Source of the DNA: Muribaculaceae bacterium
GTDB taxonomy: Bacteria > Bacteroidota > Bacteroidia > Bacteroidales > Muribaculaceae
NCBI GenBank assembly: GCA_016302215.1
Contig: JAEDNZ010000001.1
Location: 1 to 33,001 of the forward strand
Reading direction: 5' to 3'
DNA: 33,001 nucleotides
Shown here: positions 24,943-33,001 of the stretch, one piece after another
Layout of the letters: each line of letters begins with the position of its first letter
Position numbering within the stretch: position 1 is the stretch's first letter
Made by a program: the position numbers and the translations under genes
Notes under the pieces: generated by a model
What the model saw: only the letters and a program-made list of their open reading frames with translations
What the model was told of the DNA's origin: nothing
Database searches by the model: none

Positions 24943-25321
24943 CCAGTCGTTTCAAAAAATCGTTGTACATTGACTGCCTCTCCGCGTCGCTCATGTCCCT
25001 GATTGCTTTGCCGGGGTCCTCGCTCGGTGGGTCCCAAGGCATTGGCCAGAAGTCCTGCACGCGCTTAAAGCGGTCTTTGGGTTTGAGTTGCAGGTTAATC
25101 ATCATCATTGTCGCGCATCTGATGAGGTCGCCCTGGTGTTGCCTGTCAGCCTGCACCTGCTCACTATACGCGTCCATCGCTGCCCAGTAGTCGGGGAGTC
25201 TCAGACGCCCCAGGTCATCAGGAGAGAGATGCAGCAGGGCGATACCCCAGCCTCTCATCTGGCGGATTGTAGGCAGTGGCCCGTCACTCGCTTTTTTTTT
25301 CCGAGGGCGCCTCGCTCGCAC
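24935..25321 (-). CDS. Tail assembly chaperone, gpT-like part (probably frameshift-accessed)
   Basis: Overlaps the gpG-like gene at an A9 run; LHLSPDDLGRL...FWPMPWD motif. Confidence 0.7.
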   Translation of the reverse strand: MRARRPRKKKASDGPLPTIRQMRGWGIALLHLSPDDLGRLRLPDYWAAMDAYSEQVQADRQHQGDLIRCATMMMINLQLKPKDRFKRVQDFWPMPWDPPSEDPGKAIRDMSDAERQSMYNDFLKRLDG

Positions 25322-25595
25322 CCATCTGCCGATTGTATATAGATATAAACTCGGACACGAGACCGGCGCTCTCTGCCAAGCCCGTACCGAACTCCTCGGG
25401 CTTATGATCGTGAGGTCGGCCTGACAGGCGCTCGCCCTCGTTGATGCAGCAGGTCATCAGCTGCAGCCATCTGCCGAGAGTCATGTCTGACAGATAGGCA
25501 AAGTCCCTGGCTCCCAGCATATCAGCGCAAGCGCAGAGCGCATTGAAATTGCACTCTACGCTATATATTTGCCCCTTATACGTCAGCTGGTCCAT
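25284..25595 (-). CDS. Tail assembly chaperone, gpG-like
   Basis: Position between tail tube and tape measure genes; ends in EKKSE over a slippery A-run. Confidence 0.75.
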   Translation of the reverse strand: MDQLTYKGQIYSVECNFNALCACADMLGARDFAYLSDMTLGRWLQLMTCCINEGERLSGRPHDHKPEEFGTGLAESAGLVSEFISIYNRQMGASEAPSEKKSE

Positions 25596-25597
25596 AA

Positions 25598-26011
25598 CTA
25601 GCTGGACTTAGGTGTCATCGCTCCGTCAACCTTGAGCGTCAGACTGATGGTGCTATCGCTCGTCGGATCTGCCGGAGTGGTCTCCTTGTAGCCGGTGATG
25701 ATCGCGTTGCCCTTGTATATGGTGCCGGTGCTTGGCCCGTACTCAAAAGGCACGGCTGCATTATCGCCCTCCTTGAGAGCGAGAGCAATGATGTCATCAC
25801 GATCCATCGCATCGAGTTCGCCGCTGCCAGCCTCCTCGTAGAGCGCCGAGACGCTAAAGGTTATATCGTGCCCGGTGACCTTGGTCTTTTTAACGCCCTT
25901 GTCGTCCTTGGTATAGGACTCCTTAGTCTGTGCATCGATATTAAGCTCATCCTGCGTCACAGCAACGATTGCCTTGCTGTTGACCTTGAGTCTTACATTG
26001 AATCCCTGCAT
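25598..26011 (-). CDS. Major tail (tube) protein
   Basis: TKDDKG...ITFSVSAL...YKGNAIITGYKET...SLTLKVDGAM pattern; synteny. Confidence 0.8.
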   Translation of the reverse strand: MQGFNVRLKVNSKAIVAVTQDELNIDAQTKESYTKDDKGVKKTKVTGHDITFSVSALYEEAGSGELDAMDRDDIIALALKEGDNAAVPFEYGPSTGTIYKGNAIITGYKETTPADPTSDSTISLTLKVDGAMTPKSS

Positions 26012-26016
26012 AATTG

Positions 26017-26370
26017 CTATTGTTTTTGTAAAATGTTAATATATAAGTCATTACGCCATATTCCCTCCTGGCATTGGTCCGCTATTGACGTCAGCCGTAC
26101 AGTAAGCCCATCGGAGCCGTTGAGCCCCAGGACCGCAGCCTGCACCGCCCTTGCGAGCTCGTGCATCTCATCATAAGTGTCGGCAACGGCGATGATCTGA
26201 GCAGCTCCGTCGTAGGCATATATGCCGTCCTTGCTATATCGGGGAGTCGCCGTATAGTCATATACGACAAAGGGAAGGCAATCGCTCTCAGCCTCGCAAT
26301 AATATAGCTTAACGTCTCCCAGGACGGTGGTCATTGCCTTAGTCAGCCTCTCTCCGATTGTCTCTGTCAT
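26017..26370 (-). CDS. Tail terminator/completion protein
   Basis: LPFVVY motif; size and synteny. Confidence 0.7.
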   Translation of the reverse strand: MTETIGERLTKAMTTVLGDVKLYYCEAESDCLPFVVYDYTATPRYSKDGIYAYDGAAQIIAVADTYDEMHELARAVQAAVLGLNGSDGLTVRLTSIADQCQEGIWRNDLYINILQKQ

Positions 26371-26843
26371 AGCTGCTGCATCTCCTTATTCAACTGTGCC
26401 TCGAATGCCGAAGCGAACACTTTATCCCAATTGTTCAATCCCGCCTCAAAAAAATTACGGGGTCTGATGCCCCCACGTCGGTCAACACCGGCCTTGCCTC
26501 TCAGATTCTTGACCTTATAAGCAAAGTGGTGCTCCGGGTCTCTGTGCTCAAGTGTTCCGTAATTAAGCCAATAGGCCTTGAACCACACAGGCACGGACTT
26601 GCCTGACGGCAGCCCCTCCTTGTTGCGATACCCAACATAGGCGGTATAAACGCCCTCCTTATTGCGCTTGATGCTGGCACCAATGGCGCGACGGAAAGCT
26701 GACGGGGCAGCAGCACGTATCTGCTTGCCCACAGCTCTCGCACCCGCTTGCATGCAGCGTTTGGATGCCTTGAGCCCAGCATCGTAGAGTCCATCGAACT
26801 CACGCATCATCTCATCATAATTCTCTACAACGTAGGAGGCCAT
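26367..26843 (-). CDS. HK97 gp10-like neck/tail protein
   Basis: YWLNYGT...GIRPRNFFE motif; synteny. Confidence 0.75.
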   Translation of the reverse strand: MASYVVENYDEMMREFDGLYDAGLKASKRCMQAGARAVGKQIRAAAPSAFRRAIGASIKRNKEGVYTAYVGYRNKEGLPSGKSVPVWFKAYWLNYGTLEHRDPEHHFAYKVKNLRGKAGVDRRGGIRPRNFFEAGLNNWDKVFASAFEAQLNKEMQQL

Positions 26844-26844
26844 G

Positions 26845-27168
26845 TCAGATGCGTCTAAGGGTTAACACACAGAGCGGGCTGTAGCGGCTGATAGGGTCGA
26901 TGCCTGTTATGGCATAGGACTCGTCTCCTATGACGATGCGCCAGCGGGTTGTAAGAGCGGCAATCTTGTATATCGTCGCTCTGACGGTCTCGCCCTGGTC
27001 AAGATTGCCGTACTGGACTGACTCATCGACATTGCGCTCCAGCTTGGCCCACACACGAGAGTGGTCACGCAGCTCGTAGCGCTTCTGCGCTACAGAGCCG
27101 GTGGTGATCACGCACTCCTGCACGGTCACCAGCGTGTCCATTTCGCCTATGTTTATCTTGTTTTCCAT
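26845..27168 (-). CDS. Head closure / head-tail adaptor (SPP1 gp16-like)
   Basis: IGEMDTLVTVQ...VWAK...WRIVIGDESYAITGI. Confidence 0.78.
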   Translation of the reverse strand: MENKINIGEMDTLVTVQECVITTGSVAQKRYELRDHSRVWAKLERNVDESVQYGNLDQGETVRATIYKIAALTTRWRIVIGDESYAITGIDPISRYSPLCVLTLRRI

Positions 27169-27644
27169 TGCCTGTAAGGTGCCAGGAGATTTTCAGAGGC
27201 CGTAGGCAGGGTCTGAGCCCTATCAAGCGGATTGCTAAAGTGCTGAGCTGCCATCAGCAGGATGGCCTGCTGGATGTCCGCCTCGACATAGGCCACATCG
27301 AGGTGGTAGCTGATGCTCATCTTCTGCCCCTCAGGGCCATCGATGTGCACATCACTGCCAGTGAGTGTCCAGGTTCGCCTCTCCCCGTCGACGAGCACCT
27401 CCAGATCCGTGAGGCTGGAGGACTCGTCCATATATGGGAGAGTAACGAGGGAAGTGTAGTCCGTCTCTATCTGACATATAGACGGCGCGAGATTGCGACT
27501 GATGACATGCTCCGCCTGCAGCACAGCGCTGGATAGGTAGATCATCAACATGCGGTCATGGCTGTCATCCGTTATGCGCAGATGATCCTTAAGGTCCTGC
27601 AGCGTTGGCTGCAGCCGGTAGATGTCAATGTCGCGTCTCTGCAT
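27153..27644 (-). CDS. Head-tail connector (HK97 gp6-like)
   Basis: TLQDLKDHLRI...DIQQAILLMAAQHFSN...LLAPYR. Confidence 0.85.
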   Translation of the reverse strand: MQRRDIDIYRLQPTLQDLKDHLRITDDSHDRMLMIYLSSAVLQAEHVISRNLAPSICQIETDYTSLVTLPYMDESSSLTDLEVLVDGERRTWTLTGSDVHIDGPEGQKMSISYHLDVAYVEADIQQAILLMAAQHFSNPLDRAQTLPTASENLLAPYRQWKTR

Positions 27645-27657
27645 CGTCTGTCAGGTA

Positions 27658-28893
27658 TTAGGCGAGGATGTCCTGGATGGCTGCGAAGCTCTTAGGCTCA
27701 GCAACGAGGACGTCGTTGTAGCAGTTGATGCAGATCTCGATCTCGCCCTTGCGCTTGCCGGTGTACGGGTCAACGATGAGGTCGATACCGCCCCAATGTC
27801 CTACGTAGAGGTCAGCCCAGTTACCAAAGATGAGCGCGCTGCACTTGTCAGCTGCGGTGCCCTTGGTAAGGTTTGCCGGTACGAGGTTGGTCATCTCGAT
27901 GCCGTAGCCGTTGACCATGTTGGACACGAGGGCGTCGAGGATAAAGCGGCTTGTATTGCTGCCGCAGACGGTGGTCTTGAGCGCTCCGATGACCTTGGCG
28001 TTGGTGAGGTAGCCCAGGCGTCCCTTGAGAGCGTTGAGGCTAGCAACAACAGACTCCAGCTCTATGACCTTGGCCCAGCTGATGGCTGCGCCGTTGGTGC
28101 CCATGGCTACGGAGCCGATGCCGGCGGTCTTGAGGATACCGGTCGGAGCGTTGCCGCCTGCGCCGTTGATGGTTGCGTCCTCGATGATGCGCGCGTGCGC
28201 GTAGTTTATCTTGTCGATGAGGTCTGCCTCGACGTCAAACGAGGTCTGACGGAGGAGGTCCCTGGTAGTTGACACGTTAGCAAAGTTACGCTTCGGCGAC
28301 ATTACAGCCTTGGCGTAGCTAGCCTTGGAGGTAGGTGCCTCGGCACCCTCGGCGCCCCAACCGGCGGTGATGTCCTGTGAGGTGATGACCGGCAGTGTGC
28401 CAACCAGGTCGGTGAGGATGTTGGCTCCGAGTCTTGCGATTGGCAGGTTGTCACGGAGCGACTGCACATAGCGGCTTGCCATGGTCTCTGCCAGGTTGCC
28501 GCCGTCTGCAGGAGTTGTAACGTTCTGACCGCTAGCGGCACGGAGTGCGGCGAGCGGTACCTGTACGCCGCTGCCGGAGAGTCCAAGCCTGCGGTACTCA
28601 TCAGCACCCATCTGGGCTACATCTGCCTCAAGCCCTGACAGCTGGCGTCCGTCAGTGATGTCGTTGAGCATGCGGAGTAGGCTGAACCTGCGTCCGGCGG
28701 TCTGCTCGTCGCTCCTGAGCTGGCGCTCTGCAAGCGCGCGCTCTGCGGCCTCTGCGGCCTCTGCGGCCTCAAGTTCACGGATAAGTCCGTTGACCTTGTC
28801 GATGGCTTCGCGGACGGCCTGCTCGCCCTCTGCGCTGCGGAGGGCCTCATTTGCTGCGCTGAGATCAGCGCGGATTTCTGCGATTTTTCTCAT
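27658..28893 (-). CDS. Major capsid protein, HK97 fold with N-terminal scaffolding domain
   Basis: Coiled-coil N-terminus, DGGNL, WGAEG, PTGIL, FGNWADL; ATG at 28893. Confidence 0.92.
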   Translation of the reverse strand: MRKIAEIRADLSAANEALRSAEGEQAVREAIDKVNGLIRELEAAEAAEAAERALAERQLRSDEQTAGRRFSLLRMLNDITDGRQLSGLEADVAQMGADEYRRLGLSGSGVQVPLAALRAASGQNVTTPADGGNLAETMASRYVQSLRDNLPIARLGANILTDLVGTLPVITSQDITAGWGAEGAEAPTSKASYAKAVMSPKRNFANVSTTRDLLRQTSFDVEADLIDKINYAHARIIEDATINGAGGNAPTGILKTAGIGSVAMGTNGAAISWAKVIELESVVASLNALKGRLGYLTNAKVIGALKTTVCGSNTSRFILDALVSNMVNGYGIEMTNLVPANLTKGTAADKCSALIFGNWADLYVGHWGGIDLIVDPYTGKRKGEIEICINCYNDVLVAEPKSFAAIQDILA

Positions 28894-28906
28894 ATCGGAA
28901 AGTGTG

Positions 28907-29548
28907 TTATAGGTTAAGCAAGGCGGTCCTTGCAATAGTCTCTGTCCTCATGCGCTCCAGCTCCGTTTCAGAGCTGGCAGCGTCCGGCTGCAGTGCATCA
29001 GCCACGACGCGCTCGATGGTCTCACGGATGTCGGTCATCTCCTCAGAGATGGAGCGGCGCACTGCGTTGGAGTTGGCCGGGATTGTAACCACGGATACCT
29101 CGAGCAACTCGAGACCCGTGTAGTAGAGAGTCGGTTTGGAGCCGCCCTCGGCCTCCTCACCCTCGCCCCAGTGGGCGCCCTGGGCGCTGAAACCCACGGA
29201 TACACCGTTGAGGCTGCCGAACTGCAGCTTGCGCCACACCTTGTCGGCAATCTCGTTGGTGCCCTCCGGCTCAAACTCGATGTCGATGAGCAACTCGGTG
29301 CCCTCGATGTGCGCGTGGCCCCTGCCGATTACATAATCCGGGTCGGCGTCGTAGGAGCCGTAAAGGTTGTGTGCGTAGCCCACGATGCCGTTGTTGTTAT
29401 AGCGGTCCAGGTTCCACTCGGAGACTGGGAGCACTGTGCCGTAGGAGTCTCGCGTCTCGTCAGATGCGACAAACGTCATCCGCCGGTCCACTCCCTGAGG
29501 AGCCTCGGCTCTGATCTGACGCGCTCTTGTGTAGATGTTGTTAGGCAT
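28907..29548 (-). CDS. HK97-family prohead protease
   Basis: DSYGTV, YAH, GVSVGF, LLEVSVVTIPAN. Confidence 0.9.
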   Translation of the reverse strand: MPNNIYTRARQIRAEAPQGVDRRMTFVASDETRDSYGTVLPVSEWNLDRYNNNGIVGYAHNLYGSYDADPDYVIGRGHAHIEGTELLIDIEFEPEGTNEIADKVWRKLQFGSLNGVSVGFSAQGAHWGEGEEAEGGSKPTLYYTGLELLEVSVVTIPANSNAVRRSISEEMTDIRETIERVVADALQPDAASSETELERMRTETIARTALLNL

Positions 29549-30788
29549 TATCTTCGTCTGTTTTGGTATCCGGCGTCTGGCCTACGACGGCCATGTTGGC
29601 CGGATAAAGGTAGTCGTCAAGCCCATCCACTCTCGGGTAGCCCTCCAGCTCACGCACCTCGTTGCGTGAGAGGTAGCCGTCCAGGATGGCGTTGTGATAG
29701 TAGGCGCTGCGTGAGGCGGTGTCGCCCCTCAGCAGGCCTTGCAGGTTAAAGTCAGCGTGCACCTCGCCAGAGCCAAGCAGCTTGCGCTCAATCTCACTCT
29801 CGAGCCTCTTGCAGAGAGGGCGCAGGGTGTACTTGACAAACTGGATGTCCTGGTGCTCGATGTTGCTAAAGGTGGCATGTGAGAGATCCGCAAGCATGTG
29901 CGGAGGTATGCATAGCAGTCTGCAGATGTCCTGCACGCTCAGGGTCTCTGACGGGATGAGGGCCGCGACAGCCGGATTGGAGTCAAGCTGCTTATACTTG
30001 ACACCATACTCAAGGAGCGGGGTCTCGAAGTTGCGCGAACTATAGTTAAAGTGCTCGACGAACTTATTGTACCTCTCGTCACCCATCGAGCCGTCTGTCT
30101 CCATGACCGCCCTGATATTGCCCCCTCGCCTGTAAAAGTCAGCGGCGAAGGCCTCCTGGGCCATTGCCTTGTTGAGCGCTCCCGCGCCGTAGACAACCGG
30201 GTTGATGCCCTCGATGCCGTCCACGCTCATGAGTGTAAAGCAGAGGATGTCGTCGTCACTTACAGGGGTGGTGGGCCTGTCGGGCACGCTCTGGTTGGCA
30301 AGCATTATCTGCCAATAGCGGCGGCCCTTGACGTAGGTTGCCATCGCACTGCCGGGTGCTGCCTGATGCAGGGCGATCGGGCGCCCCGCTGCATCGCGCT
30401 GGATCCAGGCGACTGACTTGCCCCAATCGACCATGTGTGTCACAATGATGTGCCAAAAGTCAAAGCTATTGGTGTAATCGTTGGGATGGTGCAGCAGCCA
30501 GTTGATATGGTGATTAGCCGGCAGAGGCTGCTTGCCATCACGCCCTCTGGTATAGAGCCCCTTAGGCAATGAGGCTATGTTGTCCGCGAGCAGCTTGACG
30601 CCGGCGTAATAGGCATTGAGCTTGAGCGCGGTGTAGTTGTCAACATCCACTCCATAGTCCAACGAGCCGTACACCTTGCTTGCATTTACGGCCACCTCTG
30701 ACTTGGGTGCCACAACCAGTGCGCGCAATCTGGCCAGCAGACCGGGTCTGCCTGCCTGCTGCTCTCTTGTATGAGTCTTTTTAGCCAC
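29541..30788 (-). CDS. Portal protein, HK97 family
   Basis: IASLP, PNDYTNSFDFW, IPPHML, TFSNIEHQ, GLLRGD, NEVRELEG. Confidence 0.95.
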   Translation of the reverse strand: MAKKTHTREQQAGRPGLLARLRALVVAPKSEVAVNASKVYGSLDYGVDVDNYTALKLNAYYAGVKLLADNIASLPKGLYTRGRDGKQPLPANHHINWLLHHPNDYTNSFDFWHIIVTHMVDWGKSVAWIQRDAAGRPIALHQAAPGSAMATYVKGRRYWQIMLANQSVPDRPTTPVSDDDILCFTLMSVDGIEGINPVVYGAGALNKAMAQEAFAADFYRRGGNIRAVMETDGSMGDERYNKFVEHFNYSSRNFETPLLEYGVKYKQLDSNPAVAALIPSETLSVQDICRLLCIPPHMLADLSHATFSNIEHQDIQFVKYTLRPLCKRLESEIERKLLGSGEVHADFNLQGLLRGDTASRSAYYHNAILDGYLSRNEVRELEGYPRVDGLDDYLYPANMAVVGQTPDTKTDEDNA

Positions 30789-30874
30789 GAGACTAATTTA
30801 ATCAATTTATATTAAACTATTGGTATTTATGCAATTAAATTGCAGTATTTCTATAAAATCTCTAACAAAATCAC

Positions 30875-32545
30875 TCAAATTGTGCGAAGGTCATAATCAC
30901 CATAAATCTCACGGTCGCTATCGCCGTCATTGAGCCAGGCCCCGATGGCATCCACGAGGGCCACGACGCCGTCTATCTTCTCGCGGCTGCGCGACTTGTC
31001 CAGCTTGATGTTGGCGTTAGGATCGACATACACCACGACGTTGCGCATCATCCAGCGCATAATCGGGTTGCCTCCAAAATTGATGTTGTGCCGCAGCACT
31101 TCGCTCTCCAAGCGCTTGGTAGGCACACTCATGTGCCTGATGTCCTGCCTGTACTCAAGGAGCTTGTCCTCGTACCGGCCAAATCTGGTCTTGAGGTCAT
31201 ACATGCCCCACGGGTCGTAGGCAATGTATTTGACATTGTAGGATCTAAAATCATCAAGCAGCAGGCTCATGAACAGGTCCTCATCCAGGACTCTGTCACC
31301 GCACACCGTGAGCCATCCGTCCTCCTCCCACTTGCGGTAGTCGACACGGTCCTCATTGCTGCTGAGCTTGGCCTGGGGTACAAACATCCGCATCTTGACA
31401 TAATTACCCAAACGTGGGAAAAAATAGGCGACCGCACAGATGTCGACCTTGCTGGCGAGGTCAATGCCGACATAGCAGTCCGCGCCCTTGAGCTGGTTCT
31501 CGTCCATCGGGTAGTTACATGCGGCGACATCCTCATCGCTGATCCAGACCTTCGGCGCATCGGTCCAGAGGTTAAGGTCCTTGACCTGGAAGGTCACAGC
31601 ATAGCTGCCCCCTCTGATCTTGGCCTCCTCATAGGTCCTGCGCATGTAGTCAGCTGACAGGCTAACACCGTAGTTGGGGTTCGCCTTACGCCACGACTCC
31701 TCGCTCTCCCAGTCGTCCCCCTCGTCGAGGGTGTAGAGGAGGAAAAAGTGGTCATCCTCCAGTGGCTTGGCGCCAAGCAGCTCCGCCTTGTAGTCTTCGA
31801 TGTCACGGTAATACGGATAGGAGACATCCACTCCAGCCGTGCTGATGCTCATGACGTGCGGCTGCGTGCGTGCACCCATACCGGTTTTAATCACATCCAG
31901 CATCTCGGTCGTAGGCCATGCGTGCCTTTCGTCACAAATCGCTGCGTGCACATTCAGACCGTCCTTGTTGCGAGTGTCCCTGCTAAGCGGTTTGAGCACG
32001 CCGCTGTTGCGCAGACTCTGCATTTTGTCGCGGCTATTATATATCTTGACGCACTCCGCAAAAATGCTGTTGCGTATGATCTCTACAACGGCCTCGTAGC
32101 AGATTTTAGCCTGGTCTTTGTCCAGCGCGGCCGTGTACACTTCGGGACCGGCCTCACCATCCATCAGACAAAACCAGGCAGCGAAGATAGCGGCCAAGTA
32201 GGTCTTGCCGTTTTTTCGCGGCAGATAGATGTCACTCAGCCTGTATTTGCGAAGACCTGTGTCCTTGCGCTTGAGCCCGATTATGTTGGCCATCACAAAA
32301 AGCTGCCATGGCTCAGGCTCGAAATAGCGCCCGGCGAGTGGCCCCTTGAAATGCCGGAACTGCTGTGCGAACTTGACAAGCCTGCCGAAGGTCTGCCAAT
32401 CCATATACAGATCGTCCCTCTCCAGGTCCGCCCTGTAGCGCTCGACCGCCTTGCGCACGTACACGCATGCGGGCAGGCGCCCACTCAGGATGCACGCGCA
32501 GTACATCTCTACTGCTCTGATTGCCTCGTCTGTTGTCATAATCAA
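30875..32545 (-). CDS. terL: Terminase large subunit
   Basis: LPRKNGKT Walker A, AICDERH Walker B, ISTAG, GIDLAS, YDPW, KIDGVVA. Confidence 0.96.
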   Translation of the reverse strand: MIMTTDEAIRAVEMYCACILSGRLPACVYVRKAVERYRADLERDDLYMDWQTFGRLVKFAQQFRHFKGPLAGRYFEPEPWQLFVMANIIGLKRKDTGLRKYRLSDIYLPRKNGKTYLAAIFAAWFCLMDGEAGPEVYTAALDKDQAKICYEAVVEIIRNSIFAECVKIYNSRDKMQSLRNSGVLKPLSRDTRNKDGLNVHAAICDERHAWPTTEMLDVIKTGMGARTQPHVMSISTAGVDVSYPYYRDIEDYKAELLGAKPLEDDHFFLLYTLDEGDDWESEESWRKANPNYGVSLSADYMRRTYEEAKIRGGSYAVTFQVKDLNLWTDAPKVWISDEDVAACNYPMDENQLKGADCYVGIDLASKVDICAVAYFFPRLGNYVKMRMFVPQAKLSSNEDRVDYRKWEEDGWLTVCGDRVLDEDLFMSLLLDDFRSYNVKYIAYDPWGMYDLKTRFGRYEDKLLEYRQDIRHMSVPTKRLESEVLRHNINFGGNPIMRWMMRNVVVYVDPNANIKLDKSRSREKIDGVVALVDAIGAWLNDGDSDREIYGDYDLRTI

Positions 32546-32958
32546 TCCTCAGCAAAAAAGTCATCCAATGGGCTGGTCGGGGGAGCGGGCTCCTTGCCGA
32601 GCTTACGGGACTTGTAGGTCGTGCCGCCGAAATCGGCCAAAATGGATTGCGCTACCTTCTGGGCGTCCTGCATCATCCTCACCTTGGGATTGGCCTTGAT
32701 GACGGTGTTATGGTTCTTGTCGAGCACCGTAAATGTGTAGCCCTCTACGTCTACCTCATCGCGGAGCGTCCAGTAGCGGTCATAGTTGTCGGCCCAGATC
32801 AGCAGACTCTGCAACCAGGACCGGCGGAGCTCCCCGGCCTTGAGCAATTCGTTGCACTTGGCCGTATAAAACTTGCGGGCCCTCTCCGTCAGCAGCTTGT
32901 AGTCATTGATGCGGATGGAGCTCAAGCAGGTTATAAGGTCATTATCAGTTGTTGCCAT
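32542..32958 (-). CDS. terS: Terminase small subunit, P27 family
   Basis: EGYT...KANPKVRM...LADFGGT..SR motif; overlaps the terL start; ATG at 32958. Confidence 0.85.
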   Translation of the reverse strand: MATTDNDLITCLSSIRINDYKLLTERARKFYTAKCNELLKAGELRRSWLQSLLIWADNYDRYWTLRDEVDVEGYTFTVLDKNHNTVIKANPKVRMMQDAQKVAQSILADFGGTTYKSRKLGKEPAPPTSPLDDFFAED

Positions 32959-33001
32959 AGTGTAATTCGTTTTCAAAAAATCAGTTTTGTGCACGTTTGA
33001 C

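Larger units (their letters stand above)
1..33001 (-). mobile_element. Near-complete tailed phage genome (HK97-like head, siphovirus-type tail, DGR-bearing), probable Bacteroidales host
   Basis: Complete gene set from terS to HNH on one strand. No host housekeeping genes are present, and the ends fall between HNH and terS. Confidence 0.93.

Noticed and set aside
28741..28770. 9-bp tandem repeat CTCTGCGGC
   Set aside because: It simply encodes the EAA repeats of the capsid scaffolding coiled coil.

Overview
The window looks like an essentially complete ~33 kb siphovirus-type phage genome, probably infecting Bacteroidales (TAnnTTTG promoters, DUF3853, Bacteroidetes-style lysis genes). It is linearised between the packaging HNH gene (left end) and the small terminase gene (right end), and all confident genes lie on the minus strand. 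In transcription order (right to left) it has terS/terL, an HK97-type head module, connector and tail genes, and two tail-fibre-like genes. A complete diversity-generating retroelement follows (target VR, hairpin, avd, TR, RT), then a lysis cassette and an AT-rich switch region with face-to-face promoters but no intact repressor or integrase. The early/replication operon comes last: DUF2800, DUF2815 SSB, family A polymerase, PAPS-reductase-like protein, N6-methyltransferase, primase-helicase, iteron-like origin, VRR-NUC, SNF2 helicase, HNH. The most unusual element is a tandem array of three tRNA-like RNAs at 12537-12809. Each has an acceptor-like stem, a T-arm and a covarying CGGT-loop hairpin, but an A-rich variable segment replaces the anticodon arm. 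A candidate plus-strand sRNA with its own promoter and terminator lies at ~20190-20283. All protein calls come from motif recognition by eye, not from database searches.
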